The notes under the pieces are model-generated. The model searched no databases, was not told the DNA's origin, and saw nothing but the letters and a program-made list of their open reading frames with translations. Both the position numbers and the translations under genes were made by a program. From Chiloscyllium plagiosum (Eukaryota), in assembly GCF_004010195.1 (NCBI RefSeq), contig NC_057752.1, positions 15,581,031 to 15,645,030 of the forward strand: a stretch of DNA of 64,000 bases, written 5' to 3'. Below, one piece after another: positions 1-12,191 of the stretch (positions are counted from its first letter, which is position 1; the number at the start of each line of letters is the position of its first letter).

Positions 1-337
1 TTGGTTTTTTTGAAGAGTGGTCGTAAAGTTAGAGGTCCCGAGGTGTCTGGGGCGTCTAACAGTTTAGCAATGGACGGAGAGTGGCCAGTTGCCCGAGATC
101 AGGCTTTCTCCAGATTATTTTTACTGCAGCATTCACACAATGTTGGAGTCCAGTGGTGTTGCAAGCTTCAGTAAAGAATTCGGCTGACCTTATCTGAAAT
201 CCGTCTCTTGATATTGTTCCCTCTTGCCTGGAATAATCTGTGTTTGAATTTACCTTTCTGCCGTGGTATGTGCTTATGGAATGTTACTGTATTGGAACAG
301 CTTGTTAATTAAGTTACTATATCGGGTCAGTTAGGTT
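1..337 (+). mobile_element. Gypsy-type LTR fragment; part of an LTR cassette also seen upstream of both intact GPCR genes
   Basis: Aligns with 40010-40341 and 63630-63967. Contains the reverse complement of the LTR motif 'aactgttccaatacagtaacatcc' seen at ~7123 and ~26816. Confidence 0.65.
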
Positions 338-1220
338 TGTCATGGGCGAGGCCAGACTCCCTCAAAATATTTAAGAATGTTGCCTCGACCCTAACTTTTT
401 CTTATTGTAAATGCAGATGTGAGGTGGGTATTCCAGGTGTGATGCAGCTGGTCAAACCACTCGGTTTTGAGCAAAACGTATTTATTTTAAACACTACGGT
501 TGAAGCATAGACTAAAGAAAGTGGAATTTAGAATAACTTAACGATGGTCTAAGTGCTGGCAAATGGGACGAGATTGGGTGAGGAAATCTGGTCGTCATCG
601 ATGAGTTGGACTGAAGGGCCTGTTTCCATTCGGTACATCTCTGTGACTGTACTGGTAAATTGACCGTGAAAACTCGAGTAATATTCAGATACTTTTTGAC
701 TATTACGAGGGGGCATAGCTTTAAATTAAGGGGTGGTATGTATAGGACAGATGTTAGGGGTAGGTTCTTTACTCAGCGAATCGTGAGTTCATGGAATGCC
801 CTGCCAGTAGCAGTGGTGGACTCTCCCTCTTTATGGGCATTTAAGCGGGCATTGGATAGGCATATGGAGGATTGTGGGCTAGTGTAGGTTAGGTGGGCTT
901 GGATCGGCGCAACAACGAGGGCCAAAGGGCCTGTACTGCGCTGTATTCTTGTATGTTCTATGTTCTGTGACTACTTTTGAAGGTTAAGTTGATGGGATCG
1001 ACTATTACATGGATACTACTGTTGAGTGGCTGAAATTCATGCCCGTCCAATTTCATTCCATATCATTAACAGAAATCCAGCTGATCTCTAAACAAATAAA
1101 CCGAAAAAAAGAGTGAATTACAGGAAACCTGAAAGCCCACACTGGAAGACCCAAAGCAGAGCGTGACAATCGGCACACTCGCTCATAAACGTTGATCTCT
1201 TCTCTGTGAAGGAGGAGGGT
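338..1220 (-). mobile_element. Gmr1-family LTR carrying nested CR1 3' fragments
   Basis: Starts TGT...ggccagactccctcaaaatattt like the LTRs at 2708 and 40342. Homologous to 40342-40970. Confidence 0.6.
703..967 (+). mobile_element. 5'-truncated young CR1 LINE 3' end
   Basis: TRGHSFKLRGG...RFFTQRIVSSWNALP...AFKRALD C-terminus and (TATGTTC)n tail. Flanked by TGACTA at 697-702 and 968-973. Empty site at ~40702. Confidence 0.9.
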
Positions 1221-1269
1221 CTACATTTATGCAAGGTGTATGGAAAATTCCAGATTTGCTTTCGACAAA

Positions 1270-2707
1270 ACATTGACAATTATGTTTTCTCATCCTGCCA
1301 CGTGTATAATTTTCAAATTGAATGGCTGCAATAACAAGTTACATCTCAACAGTCTGAAATTTTGTCCTTCAATTTCGCCATAAACTTTAATGGGTTGTGG
1401 TCAGTACACACAATTGCTTCAGTCACATTACCAGCAATATAAAGGCAGAAATATTTTAACGCTAACACCAAGCTCAATGTCCTCTTCTCAATTGTTGAGT
1501 ATTTCTTTTGATGAATATTCAATTTCCCGGAGAAGCATCGGATAAGTATTTTTATCTTCTCGTCGTCGTCTTATAAGGGTACAGCTGCGACACACACATC
1601 AGTCGCATCGATAGCCTCTTTAAATGTGTTTGCGTAATGAGGTGTGGCCAATACTAGGGCAGTCATTAACACAGATTTCAGGCTGTCAAATACTCTGACA
1701 GTTTACCGTTCATTGCATTTTACTGCACTGCCTCAATAAGTCAGTGGAACAGTAAATGGAGCAACCATTCTGCTAAAATTTGACACAAATTTCCGTTAAA
1801 TCCCACTCAATACCAGGATTCGTGGTATTCCTCTCTTCACCAATGATGTAGGAAACTCCCCAATAACGTTTGATGTCCCATTCCGTGGGTCCATCTGTCC
1901 ATGACTGATAACATGGCCGAGGAATGAGACTTCGGCTTTGGTGAATTCAGTCTTATCCAGCTTTATCAGCAAGCCAGCCTCCCAAAGTCAATCGAATAAT
2001 TCGGATCAATGCTGCAAATGTTCCTTCCATGTGTGAATAAAAATCGCCAGGTCATCGATGTTCACGACACAATTGCATTATCCAGAAATTACTTTATTGG
2101 TTAGTCTTTGAAATGTGGCTGGTGCATTTTCCATACCAAATGGCATGACTTTAAATTGGTACAGTCCATTCGGTGTTACGAACGCCAAAATTGTCCTTGC
2201 TTTTTCAGATAAAAATATCCAGTATCCTCTGAATAAAGCCAATTTTAAAATATAAGTTTCTAATCCCACCTTCTCAACACAGACTTCCAAACATGGAATT
2301 GAATATGAATCAGACTTTGTAACTGCATTGCCTTTGTGGTAATTTCCACGTAACTGTTGGGTACCATTACTATTGGTGAACTCCAGTCACTGCAATTCAC
2401 TTAGATTATGTTGTCTTTGCACAAGCGTTCAATCTCTTTTTGAACCTGTGCCAATTTTAGAGTGTTACATCGATAAAGATGTTGCATTCTTGGAACAGCA
2501 TTTCCCAAATCCACATCATCCATAATTATGTTTGTACTTCCAGCTTATTCCCATCTATTTTCCCAATGCAATAGGGTCATTTGGATTTTCCTCTGGAAGG
2601 TAAATCATCAACTTGTCCCAACTTTTGAGAACTTCCTCGTTGTCCAATTTAATGTAAGGAATGTCCAATTCAGAATCTTCTGAACTTGATTCTTCACTTT
2701 GTGTCAT
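1270..2707 (-). mobile_element. Degenerate Gmr1-like Gypsy RT-RNase H fragment
   Basis: AFVTPNGLYQFKVMPFGMENAPATFQRL (2078-2290), a DDL catalytic region near 2050 and RNase H remnants. Many stops. Confidence 0.85.
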
Positions 2708-3270
2708 TGTTCTGGACGAGGCCAGACCCCCTCAAAATATTTCAAGAAGGTAGCCCTGACACCACCTTTTCGAGTTGTTTTAAGCAGATGGAGGGTGGAT
2801 ACTCCAGGAGTGGTGCAGCTGGCCCAAACACTCGGTTTTAAACAAAACAGAATTTATTGACATGCTACTGATAATCAAAATTTAGAATAACTTAATCTGT
2901 CTGAAAACTCGATCGATTCTGTCACAACTTGATGATGTTGTTCCAAATACTTGCAACATCCCTTGGCAAATGGTTCAAATTAACCACAGGTTCTTACAGG
3001 AGAGATTACAGAGAGAGAGAGGATTAGAATGGAGCTATTTCTTTGACCAGTAGTCTCAAAACCAGACTGCTTGCTGAAGCCAAATAAAACAGGACCCTGA
3101 ACCGGGAGGACTGGCTGCTCTGCTTCCTTTGTACAAGTGTTTTAAAACAAAGCACTTGAAAGCTTTTTCAAGTAGTTATTTCCAGACATTTCAGAAAGTC
3201 TGTTTTTATAACCCCTCTGCAAAAAAAGACAAGAACAACATAACCTTGTTATAGGAGCAGCATTGTCACA
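2708..3270 (-). mobile_element. 3' LTR of a Gmr1-like element
   Basis: TG...CA termini. On the minus strand it is preceded by the purine tract 'aatgagggatg' and lies directly downstream of RNase H. Confidence 0.75.
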
Positions 3271-4704
3271 CATCCCTCATTAAAAAAAGCATGGATAACC
3301 AAAGATAACGTCATTCTAAAAACATCCCTGAACACTGTCTGTACCCAAAAATGCACATACATTACATTGACAATCAACACAGACATACATGTACTGCTAC
3401 AATCTGTTTCAGTCTTTTGGTTCTTGCCACTGAGCACCTCAATTTCTCATTCAAGTCTTTACAATGCATCAACAATCATGTTTTCTCGTCCTGCCACATG
3501 CACAATTTTAAAATTGAATGACTGTAACAACAAGCTCCACATGGACAGTGTGGATTTTTGTCCTTAAATTTCTTTACAAACTCCAATGAGTTATGATCAG
3601 TGCATAGGATTGCTTCACATATGAGTACCAGCAACTCATAACCGTTGAAATGTTGAAACACCAACACCAAGCTCAAAGTGTCCTACTCAAATGTTGAATA
3701 TTTCTGCCGATTAATCATTAATTTCCTGGAGAAATATCTGAAAGGTCTTTCTATTTTCTTGTTGTCTTCCTTTAAGAAAACAGCGCTGACACCCACATCA
3801 CTCGCATCGATAGCCACCTTGAATGGCTTTGTGCAGTTAGGTCTGGCTCATACGAGGGCAGTGGTAAGTACAGATTTCAGGCTGTCACATGCCTTCTGAC
3901 AGTTTGCTGTCATTTGAAAATTCTTTCTTTCGTAATTCCGTCAGTGGAGCAGCCACGTTGCAAAGAACTGGTATGAATTTCTGATAAAATCCACTTAATC
4001 CCAAGAATTGCAATACTGCCCTTTTTGTTGATGGAATGGGAAACTCCCCAATTACCGTTGTTTTTTGAATTCCGTGTGGCCGTTTGTCCACGTACAATAA
4101 CATAGCTCAGGAAGGTGACTTGGGCTTTGGCAAAATCACTTTTAGCAAGGTTTATCAACAAGTCTGCCTCCCGAAGTTGATCCAACAATTCAAGTAAATG
4201 TTGCAAATGTTCTTTCCATGTGCGAGTAAAAATCACCAGGTCATCAATACAAACTATACCATTGTGTCATCCAGAAATGAACTAATTGGCTCGTCTTAAA
4301 AATGTGGCTAGTGCACTTTTCATACCAAGTGGCATGACTTTAAATTAATATAGTCCATTTTGTGTTATGAAAGCCAGAATTGTCTTCACGCTTTCAGACA
4401 AAGATACCTGCCAGTACCTTCTGAACAAGTCCAACTTAGAATTATAAGTCACTTCTCCCAAGCTTTCAACGCCGTCTTCCAAACGCGGAATCGGATATAC
4501 ATCAGTCTTTGTAACTGCATTAACTTTTCGATAGCCCATCCATAAATGTTGGGTACCATCTAGTTTTGGCACCATGATAATTGTGAGCTCCAATCACTGT
4601 AACTCACTTTGATTGCGTTGTTTTTGGAGCAGGATTTAATTTCCTTTTGAACTTGTGGCAACTTTAGAAGGTTATGTCTAAAAGGTTGTCACTTAATCAG
4701 AACA

Positions 4705-4800
4705 GCATTCCTACGAAGGGCTTATGCCCGAAACGTCCATTCTCCTGCTCCTTGGGTGCTGCCTGACCTGCTGCGCTTTTCCAGCAACACATTTTTCTGC
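4705..4800 (+). mobile_element. Short Penelope-like terminal-repeat fragment inserted in the Gypsy element
   Basis: gggcttatgcccgaaacgtc...gctgcctgacctgctgcgcttttccagcaacac matches 19055-19140. Hammerhead core is decayed. Confidence 0.75.
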
Positions 4801-6879
4801 TTACAAATATCGACGTCATGCATAATTAGGTTAGTATTTCCCAACTTATTTAAACATACCTCTTCATGCAATAACAATAACGCTTTCAGGTCATTTCAGT
4901 TTTCCTCTGGAATGTAATTGTAATATATCCCAACTTTTGATAACGTCCTCATCGTTCAATTTAATTTGAGGAATGTCCAATTCAGAATCCTCTGAACTTG
5001 GTTCTTCCCGCCGTGTTGTAACCAGTAATACATTCTCCTCTTGCTTTCCTTCCCTGTCAAAATACATTTTGAGCATATTCACATGATACATTCTGTGAGA
5101 TTTCTTTTTGTTTGAAGTCCTTATCAAATAGTTCGCCTCACTCAATCCGCTTTCAACTTGAGGTCCACTAAATCTTCCTTTTAAAGGTTCACGTGCGACT
5201 GGCAGCAACAGTCGCATCTTACCTCTGAGAGCAAAATTGCGAGCTTTTGTTTTCTTGTCTGCTTCCTGTTTCAGTGTTTGCTGTGATATGTTTAAATGCT
5301 GTCTGGCCAACTGCCCCGTTCTATTTAATCTTTTCCTAAAATTTGACACATAGTCCAAATATGTGGTCTCTGAATTATGACACCAATCTCTCCTGAATCA
5401 ATTTTCGTGACCCTCTCACTTCATGCCCAAAACCAAAGCAAATGGACAGAATTTGGGCGATTCATTTGGTGCTTTTCTGATCGCAAAACAGAAGCAAACG
5501 GAATTCCTTTATCTCAATCATCTGGATAGTCTTGACTGTAATCCCTCAACATGGTCTTTAATTTCTCAGGCCACCATTCCAGTGCTCCCTCTGATTCTTG
5601 ATGGTATGAAGTAGATTTAAATTGTTTTATTCCTCCGCTATCCATAACTTCCTTGAATAATTTTTATGTCAACTTTAACCCTTGATCTGATTGTATGTCT
5701 CTGGACAGTCCATTTCGAGGAAACAAATTGAGTAACTCTTCTGCAATCTCCATTTCCTCATCTAAACATCATTTTTTGAGATAGTAACATTCGGGAATAT
5801 ACGCAAGTTCTTCTTCTGTGCCCGTTTTTTGATACAATTGCTTCAGTTTTTCATCTTTCTGTTGTAACTCAGTTAATTTCTCTGAGCTAAAAATATCCAC
5901 ATTGCCCTCCACCTGTTCTTGTTTTGTCTCAATTATTTGATCAAACATGGTCTCTGAGAATTCAAATTCTTCCCCTGTATTCTCTGATTTCTCCTACTGT
6001 TTCAACTGGTGGCTTTGTGACCTTGTTATCACACAGTCAGGAAAAAGTTCCAGAGTACACTTCCTGTAATATCTCAGTTGCCTGATTTTCCACTGGCTTT
6101 TCAACCGCAGTAGGCAGCACTCCGTACTCCCACCTGTGATTCAGCCAGATCATTATAAAGGACAAAGTGTATTCCTGGAACTGACATTTTGTCCAGTACT
6201 CTAACCACCACTTCTGTAATTTTCATTGGACACTCTAACCTGTCTCTACATAATGGAACACTTCTCTTCTCACTATGAATTCCACTTACGAGCATTCTTT
6301 CTAGCAGTAATACTTCTAAGTTTCATATCTCCTCATCTCTCAAAGTCGAAGATTGACTTGATCCCGTCGTTTTTAACCTTACAATTTATTTACCTGCTGC
6401 TCTTGGTCAAGGCGACTGAACCTTCTCTTCACAAGTAAATAGTTTAAGAAGATCTGGCATTTTCTTCTCAACCAACCACGGACCAGCTTCGACATTCTAG
6501 TCTAGCTTTTTAGCCTTGACTGTGCTCTCATTTACCACTTTCAGTGCCTCATTCTGTTTTCTGACATGTGTCTTCCCAGTGCTTTTCCCCAGTCCACCAA
6601 CACTGATTTCATGTGGCCTACTTTATTGCAGTGAAAACGCCTGAGCCTTTTCACTTCCCATTCCCCTTCATGGGTTTCCTTTTTACCCTCTTTCAAACTC
6701 AATGTATGTTTGGCCAGGGTCCCTCCTTAGATTCCTGAAATATTGTCTGTTGGCTTCTTTTTGCACTGCCAAAGCAATTCTTTCCTTTTCTCTTTCCTCT
6801 GCTTTTAGACGTAATTCAAACTGTTTCAGTTCTTTTTCATGTTCAAACTGCTTCACCTGAATTCTAGCCATTTCCACAC

Positions 6880-7000
6880 GAGAGCAGCCTGAGGGAACCT
6901 ACACAGACATGGGGAATGTGTGCAAAGTCCACACAGGCAGCCGCCCGAGATTGAAATCGAAGCTGGGTCCCTGGCGCTGTGAGGGAGCAGTGCTAACCAC
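6880..7000 (-). mobile_element. HE1-like tRNA-derived SINE head fragment
   Basis: A/B-box-like head (gtggttagcactgct...gggacccagcttcgattt on the minus strand). Similar to 7681-7990. Confidence 0.75.
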
Positions 7001-7042
7001 TTTGGAATTTTCAAGTCAATCTTAACAAGAGGGCACAACCAA

Positions 7043-7445
7043 TTATGGACCACGTCAAACCCCTCAACATATTTTAACCATTCGAAAACTTAACCGTCCC
7101 CATACAGTAACTATTGCTAATTAACTGTTCCAATACAGTAACATCCTATAAGCACACCACTTGGTTAAAACATAAATTCAAACACAGATTCTTACAGGCA
7201 GGAAGGAGCAACATGAAGAGAGATATCAGAAGAAGGTTAGAGGAATTCCTTTCTGAAGCCTGCAACTCCCCTGGACCCACGCACCTTGTGACTGCTACAG
7301 CTAAAAACAAACAAGAAAGTACTTGAATTGGGAGAACTGTCCACTCCCGTTCCATTGTTAAATTAGACACTTCCTCGACTCGTCAACACCTTTATAACCT
7401 CTCTTCAAAAAATCCCAGGATCTGTCAACCAGCTTCCTTATCACA
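7043..7445 (-). mobile_element. 5' LTR-like sequence of the Gmr1-like element, inserted in the intron of the orphan GPCR copy
   Basis: Contains LTR family motifs and ends in TCACA. The adjacent 7446-7550 matches GPCR intron sequence at 37500-37620. Confidence 0.6.
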
Positions 7446-7553
7446 ATTGTTTACAATTAGGGCAAAACACATTCAGCAAGTATGGCATCGTTGATTAAAG
7501 TGGAATTCAGGAACATCGAGGAGTGAACTAAAACTGCTGAAAGAATCTCTCAC

Positions 7554-8480
7554 TGTAATGAAGCAGTCCAGCCCTCTCAAGACATTCTTCAGCCAGAAAC
7601 CCAAACCTAACTTTGCATTTTGTTTTGGTCAGTGTACAGTGAAAATTACCCGGTTTAAGTTAGCGAGTTTGACTACCAGGTTTAGATTAGATTACTTACA
7701 GTGTGGAAAGAGGCCCTTCGGCCCAATAAGTCCACACCAACCCGCACATTTACCCTATCACTTAACACTATGTGTGATATACATAACACTATGGGCAATT
7801 TAACATGGCCAATTCACCTGACCTGCACATCTCTGAACTGTAGGAAGAAACCAGAGCACCCGGAGGAAACCCACGCAGACACGGGAAGAATGTGCAAAAG
7901 ACACACAGCCAGTCGCCTGAGACGGGAATTGAACCCGGGTCTCTGGCGCAGTGAGGCAACAGTGCTAACCACTGCGCCACCGTACTGCCCACGTTTGAAA
8001 CAGACAAATATTTTTCACAAAATTACACAATGAAACACAAAGAACAGAACAAAGAACCCTCCAGAAGTCAGTCTATCCATATTAGACTTAATTATGTTGA
8101 TCCGAATATACACAAAAGTCCCATCAAGCAATTCCACTTAAGAAAACAGTAAAAACAGGAAGGATGAAGTTAGAAGGGCAGAAGGAGAGAGAACTTTTAC
8201 AAGCTTTTCACACAAAGCTGAACTCCTAACGAGACCTGGACTGAACTGCTCAGCTAGAGAGCTGACCACTCCACTTCCATTATGCAGGTCACTTCTAAAG
8301 CATGACCAATTTGGCCTGAAACCTCATCTGTTTACATCGAAACAAAAAGGCCTATCGATACCTTTTAATCTCTCTACTAAACCAGTCTAATCGGAACTGG
8401 GAGATGTTTACGACCACTCTGAAAAAATCCCAAGGACACAGTAACCTTGAAGAAAGGAACAGCTTTCATGAAAAGGGGAC
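7554..8480. mobile_element. Solo LTR-like insertion in the orphan GPCR intron, containing a SINE
   Basis: Begins TGTAAT and resembles the other LTRs. Absent from the homologous introns at ~37620 and ~60880. Confidence 0.55.
7681..7990 (-). mobile_element. Full-length HE1-like SINE
   Basis: (TAGAT)n tail and tRNA-like head. Highly similar to 60981-61297. Confidence 0.85.
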
Positions 8481-9221
8481 AATTGCTCTCTCTCTCATGC
8501 TCTTTCTCCTTGTTCTTAAAAAGAGCAGAGAACAAATCAAGCTTTCCTGCAGAGATTGTCAAATTCCGAAAGAACAGTACAGATTGTGAAACAAAATGAC
8601 AAAACGTTAGATGTTGCAAAGTTATTTGTTCTGTGTTTTAGCACGTCTGGTCACGTCACCAAACATTTACTTTTGTCTCTGAAGTGTTGTACATAAAGAT
8701 TCTTCAGAAAACACAATGTTTTGAGGATCTTCCAGTCGCTCTTTCAAAATAAGGAGCAAGTTTCACTCTGAACTGATGTCCTGGGTTCTTTATTTCTGAT
8801 TTTGGAGAGACTATCTGGAGCAATTTGATCACAGCAATTGTCTTCCAATTCTGCTTGTTCAGAGGAGAACGTCCTGCAACTCAACTGTACCCTCAGAACC
8901 TTCCCTCCAATGCAACATGCTCTTAATAGGCATTCTGCCATCTCAACATGTTTTTAAGTGAGTTTCTGTGCGACTCAGCTTGTTCTCATCAGATTCCCTC
9001 CAAGTGAATCAGACACAACACTAACCTCTCCAAGACGCTCACTCTTCAAAACTTGACTCTTGGAACTTCAACAATTCCAAACACTTGTGATCAACTTGCA
9101 CAGAGATGTAGGAAACAGATGGGGAAGAGGGGAACATGTACCCAGGTCTGCTTTCGTTCTGGGTTAGGGACACTACCATTGCATCACAAGAGCCCGACCC
9201 TCAACAATCCCAGACGCTTAC

Positions 9222-9288
9222 CAGGCAAACCGAGTGCAGCTATTGCAACATAGAATATCTTCCTGACAACTCGAACTGTTTGATGCAT
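9222..9288 (-). pseudogene. Orphan coding exon 1 of a GPR139-like receptor (MHQTVRVVRKIFYVAIAALGLP-G|gtaag); no exon 2 in the window
   Basis: 67 nt with intact ATG and GT donor. Homologous to 38399-38465 and 61971-62037. Intron homology continues to ~7446 and is then replaced by Gypsy DNA. Confidence 0.8.
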
Positions 9289-10579
9289 TTTCTGAGTCAA
9301 AAGTTCAATTACTTTGTGCTGCAAGTAATCTCTCTGATTCAGACTGGGAAAAAGATGCTTATGTTATACCCTGCAGGAGCTGCAATGGGAATCTGTGGTT
9401 GCAAACTTTTTCCAGTTGTTTATTTTCCAAAGAATTCACCAAGAAAGATTACGACAAGTGAGTTAAATCCCTAGTGTTGGAGGATATTGAGCAATCTGTT
9501 TTGGAGGGCTCTGCAGGTCTCTTGAGATGAAGAAATTCCATGTTGCCAATCTTAGGCTCAGAACTAACCGAAACTTATTCAACGATAGGTCAATGATCTT
9601 CAGCTTCAATCTTTCCGTCCCAAATTCAAAGACCATCAATTTCAGATCCTAACCACTGCCCCGTTAAAGGTATGTGTTGTATTAGGACACTATTTCATTC
9701 ACTGCCATTCAGTATGTCCCCGTATCTTTGCTGAATTTCCCCCAACTGATTTCACTCATTGTGGATCTCTCACTGTTTCTCTTACCTTTTTGAGTCTCTG
9801 CAACACCCCATCCCTGTAAAGTGGCATCTCTGTAACATTTCTCACCCCTACACATTCTCTGAAACGCTTTGATGAGTCGCGTTTCCCAGAACGTGAAACA
9901 AGTGGCTGGATTTACACACCCACTGGATGTGTCAAGTGTTGTGAAATGTCAGTTCTTCATCTCATACATTGTATATTCTTCCTTCAGACTTATCTCAATA
10001 TTTAAACCAATGAGACGTCTAAACTTTCCTGAATTTTGTTCAGTCCAGTTCATTGGCGATGTTCCCTTCCCTTCCAGGAATTTACTGTCCCCTTTCAAGT
10101 TATCGAATCGGTGTGGATATGAAGCATATTCAGCGACTGTCATTTGTAGCTTCATTTCACTTTCTTATCCCTTCTAGAACGACTACACCCCAGAGTTCTG
10201 AAGGAGACAGCTGGGGAGATTGTGTAGGCATTGGTGGTGATCTTTCAGGAATCACTGGGGTCATGGGGGTTCTCAGAGGACTGGAAGATGGCTAATGTGA
10301 CCCCTCCTTTAAGAAGGGATGGGGCAGAACACGGGAACCGACAGACTGGTTCGCCTGACCTTGATTACTGGTCTGCTTTCAGAGTACATTATGAACCATA
10401 GACCCACAGAAATGATACAGCACAGAAGAGGTCCATTGGCCCCATCTTGTACTGACACAACGACACCCAGACACTCTTTCTAATCCCATCATCCGACACA
10501 CATCCCATCGCCCGACAGGTTACAACACCTATAGTGCAGATCCAGGTACATTTAAAAGAGTTTATTGACTCTGCCTTTC

Positions 10580-10990
10580 CTGCCTCCATCTAGGGCCCCA
10601 AACAGTCCTTCCAGGTGAGACAGAGGTTCACCTGCCTCTCTTCCAACCTAGTTTGCTGCAACAGGTTCTCCTGAGGTCATCTTCTCCACATCAGGGAGAC
10701 CGAACGCAAACTTAGGGAACGGTTCGCTGAGCATTGCAGCCAGGCTCGCAGGGGGCGAACGAACCTCCCAGACATCGCCCATTTCAATTCCCCCAACCAC
10801 TCCCTTTTCCACATGACCATCCTTGACCTCCTTCATTGTCAAAACAAACCACAGCTCCAACTGGAGGAACAACCTTATCTTCCACCCGAGCACCCTCCAG
10901 CCCAGAGGACTCAACGTTGAGTTCTCCTATTTCAGATAACATCCCTCCCCATCACACGATTCCATTCCTAGCCCTTCCCCATCCCTTCCA
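10580..10990 (+). mobile_element. Penelope-like element GIY-YIG endonuclease remnant
   Basis: Hand translation: FQVRQRFTCLSSNLVCCNRFS*GHLLHIRETERKLRERFAEH...AHFNSPNHS...LEEQ.LIF...LQPRGLNVEFSYFR. Confidence 0.8.
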
Positions 10991-11055
10991 CTGCCCCCGG
11001 CCACCACCCAAATTCATTCATTTTGAAAAAAATATTGTTTGTGGTTTTCACAAAT

Positions 11056-11990
11056 GACTTGGATGTGGAGGTGGAAGGGTGGGTTAGTAAGTTTTCCGCT
11101 GACATGAAGGTTGGTGGAGTTGTAGATACTTTTGGAGGGCTGTTGTTAGTTGCGATGGTACATTGACAGGATGCAGAGCTGGGCTGAGAAGTCGCAGATG
11201 GAGTTCAATCCTGAAAAGTGTGAAGTGATTCACTTTGGTAGGTTGAATTTTAATGCAGATTACAGGTTTAAATGCAGGATTCTTGGCAGTGTGGAGGAAT
11301 AGAGGGATCTTGGTGTCTGTGTCCATAGATCCCTCATATTTGCCAGCCAAGTTGATAGGATTGTAAAGAATACATATGGCCAGTTGGCTTTCATTCACAG
11401 GGGGATTGAGTTGAAGAAACACGAGGTAATGCTGCAGCTGTATGGAGCCCTGGTTAGACCATACCTGTAATATTGTGTCCACTTCTGGTCGCCTCATTAC
11501 AGGAAGGATGCAAAGCTTTAGAGAGGGGTCAGAGAGATTGACCAGGTTGCTGCTCAGACAGAGGGCATGTCTTATGAAGAAAGGTGGAGGCACATCAGGA
11601 TTTTCTCATTGGAGTGAAGAAGGATGAGCGGTGACCTGATAGAGGTGTACAAGATCATGAGAGGCATAGATAGAGTGGATAGCCAGAGACGTTTTCCCAA
11701 GGTGGAAATGGATGTCAAAGGGGAATAATTTTAAAGTGGTTGGAGGAAGGTATAGGTGAGATATCAGAGGTAGGTATTTTACACAGAGAGTGGTGGGTGT
11801 GCGCAGAATTCACTGCCAGTGGTGGTCATCAAGTCAGGTACATGAGGGATACTTAAACAACTTGAAGCACATGCAAGATAGTAAAATGAAGGGTGTGTAG
11901 GTTACTCCGATCTTCGAGTAGGATAAAAGATCGGCTAAACTTTGAGGGCCGAAGGGCCTGTACTATTTTGGACTGTTCCATGTTCTATGT
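11056..11990 (+). mobile_element. 5'-truncated CR1 LINE (RT C-terminal part and 3' UTR)
   Basis: QMEFNPEKCEVIHFG, RDLGV and WSPHYRKD motifs, plus a tgttctatgttc tail. Confidence 0.9.
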
Positions 11991-12191
11991 TCGATGGCTT
12001 ATGTATCATCAAACTCTCAAAACTGTTGGAATGGCAGAAATAGCACAGGGCAGGAATAAGAGATAACGTTCGTTCATATTTGCTCCCAGAGATTCACCAA
12101 ATTAATATCCTGGTATTGCTGCTTTGAATTGATTATGGGAATGAGATTAAAATTACATTATCTTACTGGCAATATTAGGGAGTTCCTGCTA

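Larger units (their letters stand above)
3271..7042 (-). mobile_element. Degenerate Gmr1-like Gypsy internal region, order gag-PR-INT-RT-RH
   Basis: gag coiled coil plus RQYFRNLRRDPGQTYIEFER (6683-6877), decayed zinc knuckle (~6600-6640), protease C-terminal region (6101-6295), integrase QSDQG (~5680) and YHVNMLKMYFDRE (4891-5358), RT (3885-4593), RNase H (~3480-3880). Confidence 0.9.
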
